A program made the position numbers and the translations under genes. Shown in pieces: positions 46,406 to 55,152 of a stretch of 64,000 bases of DNA (positions are counted from its first letter, which is position 1; every line of letters starts with the position of its first letter). Below the pieces are notes generated by a model. It was not told where the DNA came from, searched no databases, and worked only from the letters and a program-made list of their open reading frames with translations. The stretch comes from a virus. The stretch covers positions 1 through 64,000 of the IMG/VR virus record IMGVR_UViG_3300045974_000283; one strand, given 5' to 3'.

Positions 46406-47393
46406 AAAGAAAGCAGTGCGCCGACATGATGACTTTCGTCTTCACGGTGGCGCCGCACTCCTTGCAAGGGACCGAGATGGATTCCTTGATGCCGTAGTCG
46501 CCGATCAGGGCAACGAAGGCGTTCAAGGCAGCGATGACGTCAACCGGGAGTTCACCTACCAGCTTGACGCGTTCTTCAAAGGGAACCTGAGGGCCTTCCA
46601 ACGGGCGCACATGCGCAGCCATGTCGGCCAGCATCGCGTGTTCCTCGTCCACGATCGCCTCGCCTTCCGGGCCGATCGTGGTGTAGGGCTCCAGGTACAC
46701 ATCCGTGGGGATCAGGTCGTGGACTCGTGGTGCCGTGGCGAGAAGACCGAAGTCAGCCAGTTCAGCATTCGTGATGCTGAAGGCGCGATCAGCCGCTTCC
46801 TTGTCCAGGGACTTCTCATCCAACGTGGTGGCCGAGAGCACGTGAATCGCTTTCAGCGTGTCCTCATGCGCCAGCCCCGCAGCGACCTTCTTCAGGTGCA
46901 ACGGATGGTTGCAGACCGCGAGGTGTGTGAACTGCGACTTGGTGTACGACATCAGTCGCAACCAGTACATGAGATAGTTGAAATCGACGAGCGTGAACTC
47001 GTTGATCAGTGCCGGGTCCGCCATTGTGGATGCCACCGCTTCGACAACGTAACTCAAGTTCTCTTCCGCAGCCGCACGAGTGAACTTCGCCTGTTGCTTG
47101 CCCTTGATGCGGGAAGCCGCCAAAGACTTCCACGGGTAGAAGTAGAAATCCGAGGGTAGTTGAACGCTGAAATAGTCGGCGTTGCGATATTCGGGCGGGG
47201 CTGGAGTAAGCCTGATTTGGTCGTATCCTGAGATAGATGGGACGTCCGTTTTGGACGATTTTTCAGGCTCCAGTGGGTTTGCCGGTGCGGGTGCGTTTTG
47301 GTCGTTTTGGGAAGGATTTGCTCGTTTCCGGGGAAACGGCATTTCTATGTGGGAGATGGACTTGCGGCCATCATCTTCTTCAGGAGTGCTCAT
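46404..47393 (-). CDS. tail assembly chaperone / baseplate hub assembly protein (T4 gp26-like)
   Basis: VQLPSDFYFY start block, VDFNYLMYWLRLMSY, C-terminal CKECG...CFL; position between tube and tape measure. Confidence 0.7.
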   Translation of the reverse strand: MSTPEEDDGRKSISHIEMPFPRKRANPSQNDQNAPAPANPLEPEKSSKTDVPSISGYDQIRLTPAPPEYRNADYFSVQLPSDFYFYPWKSLAASRIKGKQQAKFTRAAAEENLSYVVEAVASTMADPALINEFTLVDFNYLMYWLRLMSYTKSQFTHLAVCNHPLHLKKVAAGLAHEDTLKAIHVLSATTLDEKSLDKEAADRAFSITNAELADFGLLATAPRVHDLIPTDVYLEPYTTIGPEGEAIVDEEHAMLADMAAHVRPLEGPQVPFEERVKLVGELPVDVIAALNAFVALIGDYGIKESISVPCKECGATVKTKVIMSAHCFL

Positions 47394-47421
47394 GGTTCAT
47401 GCCTTTCAGGCGTAGTGAAGA

Positions 47422-48144
47422 TTAGAAACCAGCCAGACCCGAGATACCGGGAACCGTTGGGAAGATGCTGTTGATCCTCGCTGATACAGCAGAAAGATCG
47501 TTTGAGGAAGATCGGAGAACGTCCTCGGTGGCGATGGTGAGGTCAGTCTTGAGCAGAGTGGATTCGGAACCAAACTGATAAGATGCGAAAGAAGTCGGGA
47601 CGCAATTCACATAGCGGAAATCAACCACCGTTTGATTCTTGGCATCCAAGACAAACAAGACGATGTCCTTCCAATATACAGAAGGGAGGTTGTAGTAACC
47701 GTCAGACCGTTGGACAGCGTAGTACCAATCCAGGCCCCAATTGATTGACTGACCATCGATGTCCGTGTAGAGACCGATGTTGATGTCACCCACCGAAGAC
47801 GCACCAGCCGTCTTCGAGAACTTCCCGTTGCGGAACGTCGATTGGACATCGTACCCTAGCTGAGGAGATTGAAACGAATCAATGAGAAGCGGGTCAATCT
47901 CAGTCAGCGGTGAATGGCCGATCACCGCTGCGATCCAGTCGCAAGCCAGAACCGGATCGCTAACTGCCTGCATGGCAGAAAGGGTCAGGCGACTCTTGTA
48001 TGGATTGGCAGCGGTGCGCAGCTTCTTGCTCAGGGCGTCAATGGGGCCGGTGAAGGTCTTCGCTACAGATCCGACGAACGAGTTAAGGCTGGAGGCTTGC
48101 TTGTTGAGAACAAGCCCAGCGATACCGTCCAGACCGATAGGCAT
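47422..48144 (-). CDS. second tail tube-like protein
   Basis: Tube-fold pattern (DWYYAV...GYY...YWKDIVLFVLD...FRYVNCVP). Confidence 0.65.
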   Translation of the reverse strand: MPIGLDGIAGLVLNKQASSLNSFVGSVAKTFTGPIDALSKKLRTAANPYKSRLTLSAMQAVSDPVLACDWIAAVIGHSPLTEIDPLLIDSFQSPQLGYDVQSTFRNGKFSKTAGASSVGDINIGLYTDIDGQSINWGLDWYYAVQRSDGYYNLPSVYWKDIVLFVLDAKNQTVVDFRYVNCVPTSFASYQFGSESTLLKTDLTIATEDVLRSSSNDLSAVSARINSIFPTVPGISGLAGF

Positions 48145-48153
48145 TCAACCTCC

Positions 48154-48666
48154 TTAGGCGGCGATGTCTTCGAAGTAGTCCATGCTGAAGCCGCAGGTAT
48201 ACGTCACGATGCCTGTGCCTTGGTCCATCTGGACTTGGCCGAGCGTCAGCGGGAACACGTTGACGATGCGAACAGAACGCGCGAGCAGGTTCTTGTCGTC
48301 GTAGAGGCCGAGCTCAACCGGAACCGCGTAGTCCGCAGAGTAGCCGCCCGCGCCTTCGCCTTGCCAGCTTCGTGCGGCATCACGCCACGCGGTGAGCATG
48401 TCGCGGGTCTTCATGTCCCGCGTTTCGATGGCAGTCATTTCCCACGTGTCATCGTAGGATAGCTTGCCAGCGAAGCGACGCTTCCGGGCATGAGCTTCCC
48501 AGGTCATCTGCTCGATGGCCCATCCGGGGAGGTTGGCAGAAACTGCACGAACGGTCATCTCGCGGCTGTCAGCCACGCCCGGAATGAATGGGATGACGAC
48601 TTCCCAATTCCAGGACCACAGCGGGTCGGTGACAGCGTTCATTTGCTGAAGGGTAGTACGAGCCAT
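48154..48666 (-). CDS. major tail tube protein (gp19-like)
   Basis: DPLWSWNWEV...FAGKLSY...LTAWR...NVFPLTLGQV...FSMDY; immediately after the sheath. Confidence 0.88.
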   Translation of the reverse strand: MARTTLQQMNAVTDPLWSWNWEVVIPFIPGVADSREMTVRAVSANLPGWAIEQMTWEAHARKRRFAGKLSYDDTWEMTAIETRDMKTRDMLTAWRDAARSWQGEGAGGYSADYAVPVELGLYDDKNLLARSVRIVNVFPLTLGQVQMDQGTGIVTYTCGFSMDYFEDIAA

Positions 48667-48686
48667 GTCTTCTCCTAAAGAGGATA

Positions 48687-48708
48687 GAGCCCGGCGATCG
48701 CCGGGCTC
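48687..48708 (-). terminator. 22-bp perfect palindrome between sheath and tube
   Basis: GAGCCCGGCGATCGCCGGGCTC. Confidence 0.55.
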
Positions 48709-48713
48709 GGGGG

Positions 48714-50783
48714 TCAGATGGAAAGCGCCGCGACTTCGTTCTCGCTCAGCGAGAGGCCGTCTTCAGACACGATGAGCGTCAGCTCGATGGCTCGGACTGC
48801 CAGCGTAGCCACGATGGTCACTGCGATGCGCAGGGTGCCGGTGTTCACCACCGAGCTCGGGTTGTTCACCGAGTTGCAGAGCACACGATACGCGGTGATG
48901 CCACGAGTGCCCTTGACAAAGTCCAGGTACTTCTCGAGACCGTACTTGACCGCTTTCTGCAGAGTCTCATCGGAGGGCTCCTGCTCGGAGTACAGCAGAT
49001 ACTCGTACATGCTGCGCTTGAGTACGTTGCAGAGAACGCGAACGTTCAGGAACTGCAAAGCGTTCGGCGCAGACGACAGCGTCCACTGTTCCCAAAGCGG
49101 GATGCCCTTGCCCAAGAACTTGCGAGCGTAGTTGATGTTCGCACGGGCGAGGCGCGTCGCATCAGTATCTTCGTAGGCGTTGCGAATGCCGAGGACATCA
49201 AGCAGACCACGGTTCAAGCCGGCGATCGAGCGGTACGGGTAGGACACCCGCGACGTCCGTGCCAACAAGGAAGCCATGATGCCCGAAGGCGGAACGTAGA
49301 GCACCTTACCAGCCGTTGCGTCGCTCTCCAGAACATCCGACGCGAACAGAGCCGAGTAGCTGGAGTTCAGGTTCAGGTCAATGTTGCGATAGTCGAGCAC
49401 CGTCTGCGCGTCTTGAGCGACCGAAGGCGTATCGAGGAAGGCCACGCAGTCCCCGCGAGTGGAGGCCACCAGATCCATTTCCTTCTGGATGGCAGGAATC
49501 GCACGACCGGAGTTGATCATCACGTCGATGATGTATTCCTCCTTGTTGCCAAAGACATCCCACGTCGACAAGATTTCCGAAGCGGTCGGGGCCACGCCGG
49601 ATTGACCCGCTCCCAAGGAGAGGTTGATGTACTTGGTGCCCGCAGTGTTGATCGTCCAGTTCGTGGACGAGTACATGCGCAGAGCGGCCGCCGAGGCGTA
49701 GGTCGGCACGTTGGAGATACAGCGCAGGTACTTCGAGTAGACGTTGATGCGCTGTGCCGTTTCCATGGTCAGACCGGAAGCGTCGGTCTCTTCGATGATC
49801 GAGCAGTCGAAGGCTTCGACAGGCGTCAGGGTGGACTTGCTCGTATCGTAGATTTCCAGCTTGAACTTGGAGTTCACCGGCAGCGAGCTGTCCTGGGGCA
49901 GGGTCGTGAACGTGTTCGGGTAGTTCGGGAACAGAGCTCCGGTGGAGTCCTCAGCGGCACTGCCGTCATCCGCCCACGAAAGGGTTCCACCGCCTACCAC
50001 CGCGAGGGTGTAGTTCGTCAGGGTGCCAGAGCGCCCATAGATGACGTATCCAGCCGCGCCGGGAACCGCGTCCCAGTTGAGGGTGTTCTTCTTCGTGTCC
50101 GCGCCCGAGGTCGTCGAGAACGACTTGGTCGTCACCGAGAACACTTGGTTGAGCTCGTTGAATGCCGCGATGCGATAGCGGTAGGTCGTCGAGCCCAGGA
50201 GGGTGCCGCCCGTGTTGGACAGGGTGACGCCGACACGCGATGGCGCTTCCAGGTTTTTCGCTTTGATCTTGATCGCGATGTTCGCAGAGATCGAGCCCGG
50301 CCCCTTCTTGTAGAAGAAGGAATAGAGAGGCTTGCCAAGAGCGCCGAACACGGCCTCGCTCCACTGAGTGGAACCGTCGTTCGAGACGTCGAAGCTCTCT
50401 TCGAACGGATCGGCCGAAGCGTAGGCATAGGAGTTCAAGACGTAGGGGTTCGCAGCGTCAGAACCCCCGATGCCCACGTTGATGACCCCGTACTTCGTGC
50501 GGTCGGCGTCCACCGTGGACGAGGTGACAGCGCGCACCGCCCACATGGAATTGCCTTCCTTGAAGTAGTCGCGGGCTGCGAAACCGTCGAACGACAAGTA
50601 AGAACGCGCGGAGCCGAAGTCGGCGGCGAACGTGTCGTAGTTGTCGTAGAAGGTAGGGACGATCGGGCCTTGGTCGGACACGACCACGATGGCCGCAGTC
50701 GCCGACGAGTTCTGAGCGATGGTTGTTCCCAAGGCCACTTCGGAAATACGGACGTCAGCAGCTTGACGTGAGAGAGCAGTCAT
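48714..50783 (-). CDS. tail sheath protein
   Basis: RGDCVAFLD, VPPSG, AGLNRG, LARANIN, LQFLNVRVLCNVLKR sheath C-domain motifs; FN3-like insertion. Confidence 0.93.
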   Translation of the reverse strand: MTALSRQAADVRISEVALGTTIAQNSSATAAIVVVSDQGPIVPTFYDNYDTFAADFGSARSYLSFDGFAARDYFKEGNSMWAVRAVTSSTVDADRTKYGVINVGIGGSDAANPYVLNSYAYASADPFEESFDVSNDGSTQWSEAVFGALGKPLYSFFYKKGPGSISANIAIKIKAKNLEAPSRVGVTLSNTGGTLLGSTTYRYRIAAFNELNQVFSVTTKSFSTTSGADTKKNTLNWDAVPGAAGYVIYGRSGTLTNYTLAVVGGGTLSWADDGSAAEDSTGALFPNYPNTFTTLPQDSSLPVNSKFKLEIYDTSKSTLTPVEAFDCSIIEETDASGLTMETAQRINVYSKYLRCISNVPTYASAAALRMYSSTNWTINTAGTKYINLSLGAGQSGVAPTASEILSTWDVFGNKEEYIIDVMINSGRAIPAIQKEMDLVASTRGDCVAFLDTPSVAQDAQTVLDYRNIDLNLNSSYSALFASDVLESDATAGKVLYVPPSGIMASLLARTSRVSYPYRSIAGLNRGLLDVLGIRNAYEDTDATRLARANINYARKFLGKGIPLWEQWTLSSAPNALQFLNVRVLCNVLKRSMYEYLLYSEQEPSDETLQKAVKYGLEKYLDFVKGTRGITAYRVLCNSVNNPSSVVNTGTLRIAVTIVATLAVRAIELTLIVSEDGLSLSENEVAALSI

Positions 50784-50812
50784 AGGTTTTCTCCGTAGAG
50801 TTCAGGGGTTCA

Positions 50813-51046
50813 TCAGATGGCCGAGACCCGAAGGTGTTTCTTGCCGCGAAGGCTGTTCGGGTCAACCGTCCAGCCCGTGGGAATCTTCGGACGGCCACCG
50901 GGCTGCACGAAGATGATGTCCGAGGCTTGACCCTCATCGGTGACCGGACCAAGGATGGTGACAGACTCAGAGGTCTCTCCGCGGTTGGTGACCACGAGCC
51001 GCCCGACAGGAGCTGCAGGAGTGGAAGGATCAATGGATTCGGGCAT
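50813..51046 (-). CDS. small virion-associated hypothetical protein
   Basis: AAGGA RBS; located between neck genes and sheath. Confidence 0.65.
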   Translation of the reverse strand: MPESIDPSTPAAPVGRLVVTNRGETSESVTILGPVTDEGQASDIIFVQPGGRPKIPTGWTVDPNSLRGKKHLRVSAI

Positions 51047-51049
51047 GGC

Positions 51050-51418
51050 TTATCCTTGGATGATTGAGACGTCGGTCTCGGATGATTGAACATTACGGAT
51101 GGTGACCGCGAGCACAGTGTCATCGATCACCAGCATGGAGCTGACGCGGTGAGTTGCCGTGTAGGCTGCGCGCCCTGCTCCGTTCTCAGAAATCGTGGCG
51201 TACTGCACGTCGACGAAGACGGGCTGCGACACCTTGATGCACATAAAATTGGCCGGTGAAACCGGGGTCACTGTGCTCTGGTCCTGCGCTGCCAGCGTGA
51301 GGTCAATCTTGTTGAACTGGTCAACTAGATACGACTCGCTGTAGCTGGCAGCGGAGGTGCGGATGTTGTTCACCGCAGAGAAGAGACCGAGGTTGACGGC
51401 GATACGACGAGCGCTCAT
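51050..51418 (-). CDS. hypothetical virion protein
   Basis: GAGG RBS; beta-rich. Confidence 0.7.
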   Translation of the reverse strand: MSARRIAVNLGLFSAVNNIRTSAASYSESYLVDQFNKIDLTLAAQDQSTVTPVSPANFMCIKVSQPVFVDVQYATISENGAGRAAYTATHRVSSMLVIDDTVLAVTIRNVQSSETDVSIIQG

Positions 51419-51421
51419 GGG

Positions 51422-52138
51422 CTACCTCTTGAAAGACCAGATTTGAGTGTTGGCCTGAGGCGCGGCTTGCGCATCGGCAGCGAGGAACCCGTCGTTCTCG
51501 ACGGAGGTGATGACTTGTTGTTCGTTGAGGACCGGGAGGCTGAGGAACCCGCGAACATCAAGGGTGCCCTCGAAGGTGAAGTCCTTGGGCATGTCCGGGC
51601 TATCGGCGCGCTGAGGGATAGTGGCGTTAGGCTCTGGGTAGACAGACACCTCAAGGGTCGTCCGCCCGTAGGCCACGTTGAACTTCAGCCATCCGTCACG
51701 GCGGGCCATGAACAACATCTTGATGAAGTTGATCATCCCCGAGTTGCTGTTGTGAACGCACTCGAACTTCACTGTCATCTTTACCGGCATGATGCGAGCG
51801 TAGAAGGCTCGCCGCCCTGAGTCGTCTAGGGCCACCGGGAAACCCTTGCGGGCCATGTAGTGAGTGTTCCCACGCTCCGTATCTTCTTCCCAAGACTGCA
51901 TCGTTAGGAAGCCGTAAGGATACTGGACAGAGCTGTAGTCGAAGGCACCAGCCGTCTGGTTGCCAAAGAGGGACTGTAGAGCAGGAAGCTTGTCAGGGCC
52001 GGTGAGCCAGACGCACTTGATTTCCAGAGCCTCGAAGATGCGCTTCTGCAATCCGTTGAAGACGAAATGCTCAACAGGGTCAACAGGCTTCTGCAGACCA
52101 GATCGGGAAGCGCCTGATTGCGATGAAGTAGCTTTCAC
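51422..52138 (-). CDS. tail terminator / neck protein
   Basis: Position upstream of the sheath; alpha/beta pattern (YPYGFL...MPVKMTVKFECV). Confidence 0.55.
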   Translation of the reverse strand: MKATSSQSGASRSGLQKPVDPVEHFVFNGLQKRIFEALEIKCVWLTGPDKLPALQSLFGNQTAGAFDYSSVQYPYGFLTMQSWEEDTERGNTHYMARKGFPVALDDSGRRAFYARIMPVKMTVKFECVHNSNSGMINFIKMLFMARRDGWLKFNVAYGRTTLEVSVYPEPNATIPQRADSPDMPKDFTFEGTLDVRGFLSLPVLNEQQVITSVENDGFLAADAQAAPQANTQIWSFKR

Positions 52139-52163
52139 CTGGAGCCTTTCGCTGGCACAAATG

Positions 52164-52198
52164 AAAAAGGCGGCGACACCTTTTGGGCGCGCCGCCTT
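52164..52198 (-). terminator. rho-independent terminator
   Basis: On the - strand AAGGCGGCG...CGCCGCCTT followed by TTT, after the 52224 ORF stop. Confidence 0.7.
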
Positions 52199-52223
52199 GG
52201 AGGGCCGGATCGTAGATCAGGAA

Positions 52224-53171
52224 TCAGCGGCGACGGGTCTGCCGCTTCAGGTCAACCGCTGCCTTGTGACCAGCGGCGTTTTGCAGCGCACGAGCGTAGC
52301 GCTTGGTGGAGGTTTCCATGCTCGGGAAGTTGTCAGGCCCCATGTCTTCGGCGCCCATCAGCATCTCGTCATCATCGAGGGACGGATCGAAGTCGTCCAC
52401 ACCGTCAACCGATGCGAACTCGTCCATGCCGTTGTCGTCGAAGCCCATGCCGAACTCGTCTTCGATGCCAGATTTCACCGATTGAGCTGCGCTCTTGATG
52501 ATTTGGATCTTGGACTTGAAGCCAGAGCTCGAACCGAAGAACACCATCAGCGAACCGCCGAGGGTGTCCATCAGCAGGCGCAGGGTGTAGGAGGAACCGT
52601 CGAGCGGCGACTTCATCACCCACTCAGACACGATGCCGCCTGCCGTGTTGGCGTTCAGGATGCGCGGTTGCCCGTAGAGCACTCGGAACGCACGGCCCAG
52701 CGAAGCGTAGGAACGCTCTTGGCTGACCGTCATGGCCTGAGGACGAGCCTTCATCACGCGGACGTTGGTCCCTGGGAAGCTCGAAAAGCCCCAGCGAGCG
52801 ATGCCGGACTTTTCCTTGATGAAGTCCACCAGACCCTTGCGGTTGTCCCCGCTGTAGGCACGCTGACGTGACTTGGTGCTCGCCGCAGCGAACTCCATTC
52901 CATCGTCGAGCATGTCGTCCATCGGATCGGTGAGACCCATCGCAAAGAGGTCGTCCTCGATGCTGCCTTCTTGGATCATGCGCGGTGAGGTCTCGGGGAG
53001 TTCCTCGCGCAATTCTTCTCCGACACTGGCACGAACGGTGCGCGTCAAGGATGCGAAGGACGGGTCTTTCGACGCGGCTTGCATGGCCTTGGCGGAACGT
53101 TCGAAGTTGCCGGAGCGCTGATGAAACGCGGACAGGACCAGAAGTCGCAGTGCGTTGTTTTTCATAGACAT
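52224..53171 (-). CDS. acidic head-associated hypothetical protein
   Basis: AGGAG RBS; D/M-rich stretches like those in the scaffold gene. Confidence 0.7.
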   Translation of the reverse strand: MSMKNNALRLLVLSAFHQRSGNFERSAKAMQAASKDPSFASLTRTVRASVGEELREELPETSPRMIQEGSIEDDLFAMGLTDPMDDMLDDGMEFAAASTKSRQRAYSGDNRKGLVDFIKEKSGIARWGFSSFPGTNVRVMKARPQAMTVSQERSYASLGRAFRVLYGQPRILNANTAGGIVSEWVMKSPLDGSSYTLRLLMDTLGGSLMVFFGSSSGFKSKIQIIKSAAQSVKSGIEDEFGMGFDDNGMDEFASVDGVDDFDPSLDDDEMLMGAEDMGPDNFPSMETSTKRYARALQNAAGHKAAVDLKRQTRRR

Positions 53172-53180
53172 CTCCTAGAT

Positions 53181-53198
53181 GAGGGGCCGAAGCCCCTC
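53181..53198 (-). terminator. UUCG hairpin after the major capsid gene
   Basis: GAGGGGC-TTCG-GCCCCTC on the - strand; no U-tract. Confidence 0.55.
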
Positions 53199-53215
53199 GT
53201 TGCAACGAACCAGAA

Positions 53216-54310
53216 TCAGACGCGAACGGCGGCGACCACCGAGCGGCTGTTGCCGATCGCTGCCGACCACGATTCGGCGAAGAGCCAGCCAGCGCCGATG
53301 ATGTTCTCCGACACGCCGTCGAGCGGACGCGAGTCCACACCGCCGCGATCGGAGTAGGCACCGTGAGTGGACGGATCCGACACCACGAAGAACTCGCCCT
53401 CGCCCAGAACCTTGTGTTCCGGGTGACGGTAGGCTTCGGAGATCAGGGTCATGCCGTACAGGATCGCCATTTCACCGGTCATCACGAGCTCGTGGCGGGC
53501 CACGGGTTCAATGGCCTGGATGAACGAGCTGTCGCCGACGATGTCCACGAACAGGTCGGAAGCCATGTAGCAGAACGCTGCCTTCAAGCCCCAGCGAGCG
53601 ACTTGCTGGCGGACGGCCATCAGCGATTGCGGCGACAGAGTGCCGGAAACGATCTGTTGGTTGTTGTCCGTGCCGATGGTGGCGCGGGCGAGGTTGTACC
53701 AGTAGCGGTCCTCGGTCACCATCACGGCTTCGAGCGCTTCCACGGCCTTTTCTTCCAGGACGTCGGAGTTCGACTGGTTCAGTTCGTTCTGGGGCACGAA
53801 CACGCGGGTGGCGATCTGGCCTTCCAGCGGGGTGAGCCATTTGTCCGTCACCAGTTGCGTCTCGATGCGTGACGAGCCCGACAGGTAGAACGCGGTCACG
53901 TTCTTCTGGCGAACCGGGAAGCGCGGCAGTTCGCCGGTCTTCAGCTCGATCTGGTTCAGGAACCGACGCGAGATGCCCTTGCGGTTCGTGGTCATATAGA
54001 TCTCACGGGCCACGGCTTCACCCAGGACGCGGCGAGCGTTGGGATCGGTCATGGCGGCGCGGAGCAGTTCGCGACGGGCTTGCATCGCCGAGCGCTGGAG
54101 CTCACGGCCCTGCACGGTGCGGTCGGTGCCGACTTCGCCACGGCCAGCGGCCTCAGCGATTGCCATGTTGGCGGTCAGGAGGTCACGCTTGCTGCCAGCG
54201 TTGACTTCGCCGTTCGAACCGATGGCGCGTTCTTGACGTCCAGCAATTCGGTACTCGGAAGCGGCTTGCATCCGCACGGATGCGAGCTTGGGTTTGACGA
54301 GAGTGGTCAT
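53216..54310 (-). CDS. major capsid protein (HK97 fold)
   Basis: Follows scaffold and decoration genes; E-loop GELPRFPV, spine helix DVLEEKAVEALEAVMVTEDR, P-domain GEMAILYGMTL; strong codon bias. Confidence 0.8.
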   Translation of the reverse strand: MTTLVKPKLASVRMQAASEYRIAGRQERAIGSNGEVNAGSKRDLLTANMAIAEAAGRGEVGTDRTVQGRELQRSAMQARRELLRAAMTDPNARRVLGEAVAREIYMTTNRKGISRRFLNQIELKTGELPRFPVRQKNVTAFYLSGSSRIETQLVTDKWLTPLEGQIATRVFVPQNELNQSNSDVLEEKAVEALEAVMVTEDRYWYNLARATIGTDNNQQIVSGTLSPQSLMAVRQQVARWGLKAAFCYMASDLFVDIVGDSSFIQAIEPVARHELVMTGEMAILYGMTLISEAYRHPEHKVLGEGEFFVVSDPSTHGAYSDRGGVDSRPLDGVSENIIGAGWLFAESWSAAIGNSRSVVAAVRV

Positions 54311-54387
54311 GGAGAGAATTCCTTTTCAGTGGGAGAGAGGGAGCACCTGCTCCCCCGAAGTGGGACCAATCAGCTTAGTTCAGCTGA

Positions 54388-55098
54388 TCAGGGGCAGGCG
54401 AACCGCAGACCCAAGAAGGGGCGGGTTTCGGTCGGGATCGAGATGATCTCGGCGCGGATGGCAGTGCCGGAACCGGTTTGGTTCGTCAGCTTGCCGCTGG
54501 CAGCGAGCTTGACCGAAGTCGCAGAGCGCCAGTCAACGTAAGCGTCGATCTGATCGGTGTAGATCGTGCCCGAGCGGGCCAGATCGGCATTGCCGGTCGC
54601 TTGACCAGCGTAGCCGCCCGGCTGGATGTCGCCGACGCGAGCCTTGGCCTCGTCCACCGTTGCGGCATACGAGTAGTAGATCGACACCGAGCTGCCCCGG
54701 TGATCGGCCCCGCCGTTGTTCGCGACGGTGAGGGTCGTGCCGGAGTAGGTCACGTCAGCGGCCGCGATGACAGCACCGAGGGTCTCGTCATAGACGAGCG
54801 GTTCAGCGATCGGGGTCTTGGCGAGGGTGAACACCGACGGGACAGCGGCGGAAGCGCCCACGTCGAGGATGGTCGTCTCGACCTTGATCAGGGTCGTGGG
54901 CAGGAACGGCGACGCCGAGGTCTGCGCGTCCAGGAAGCCGGCGAAGTTGGCACCGTCGCCACCAGCGGCAGGCTTGACGCCATACACACCGTTGACAAAG
55001 CCACCGACCATCGCGACGCCGTCGTTGGACAGGATGACGCCCGCTTGCAGCGGAGCAGTCGTTTTGGAAAGAGAGTACGAGAGAGGACGGTAAATCAT
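54388..55098 (-). CDS. head decoration / minor capsid protein
   Basis: Between scaffold and MCP; start taken at MIYRPLS (GGAG RBS). Confidence 0.65.
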   Translation of the reverse strand: MIYRPLSYSLSKTTAPLQAGVILSNDGVAMVGGFVNGVYGVKPAAGGDGANFAGFLDAQTSASPFLPTTLIKVETTILDVGASAAVPSVFTLAKTPIAEPLVYDETLGAVIAAADVTYSGTTLTVANNGGADHRGSSVSIYYSYAATVDEAKARVGDIQPGGYAGQATGNADLARSGTIYTDQIDAYVDWRSATSVKLAASGKLTNQTGSGTAIRAEIISIPTETRPFLGLRFACP

Positions 55099-55152
55099 GA
55101 GGTTGATCTCCAGACAGGTGGAAAGAGACGGGGCGGAATTCCGCCCCAAGGG

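Noticed and set aside
46400-46440. Canonical -1 slippery heptamer at the end of the tail chaperone
   Set aside because: No X XXY YYZ heptamer is present, and the downstream ORF is in the +1 frame.
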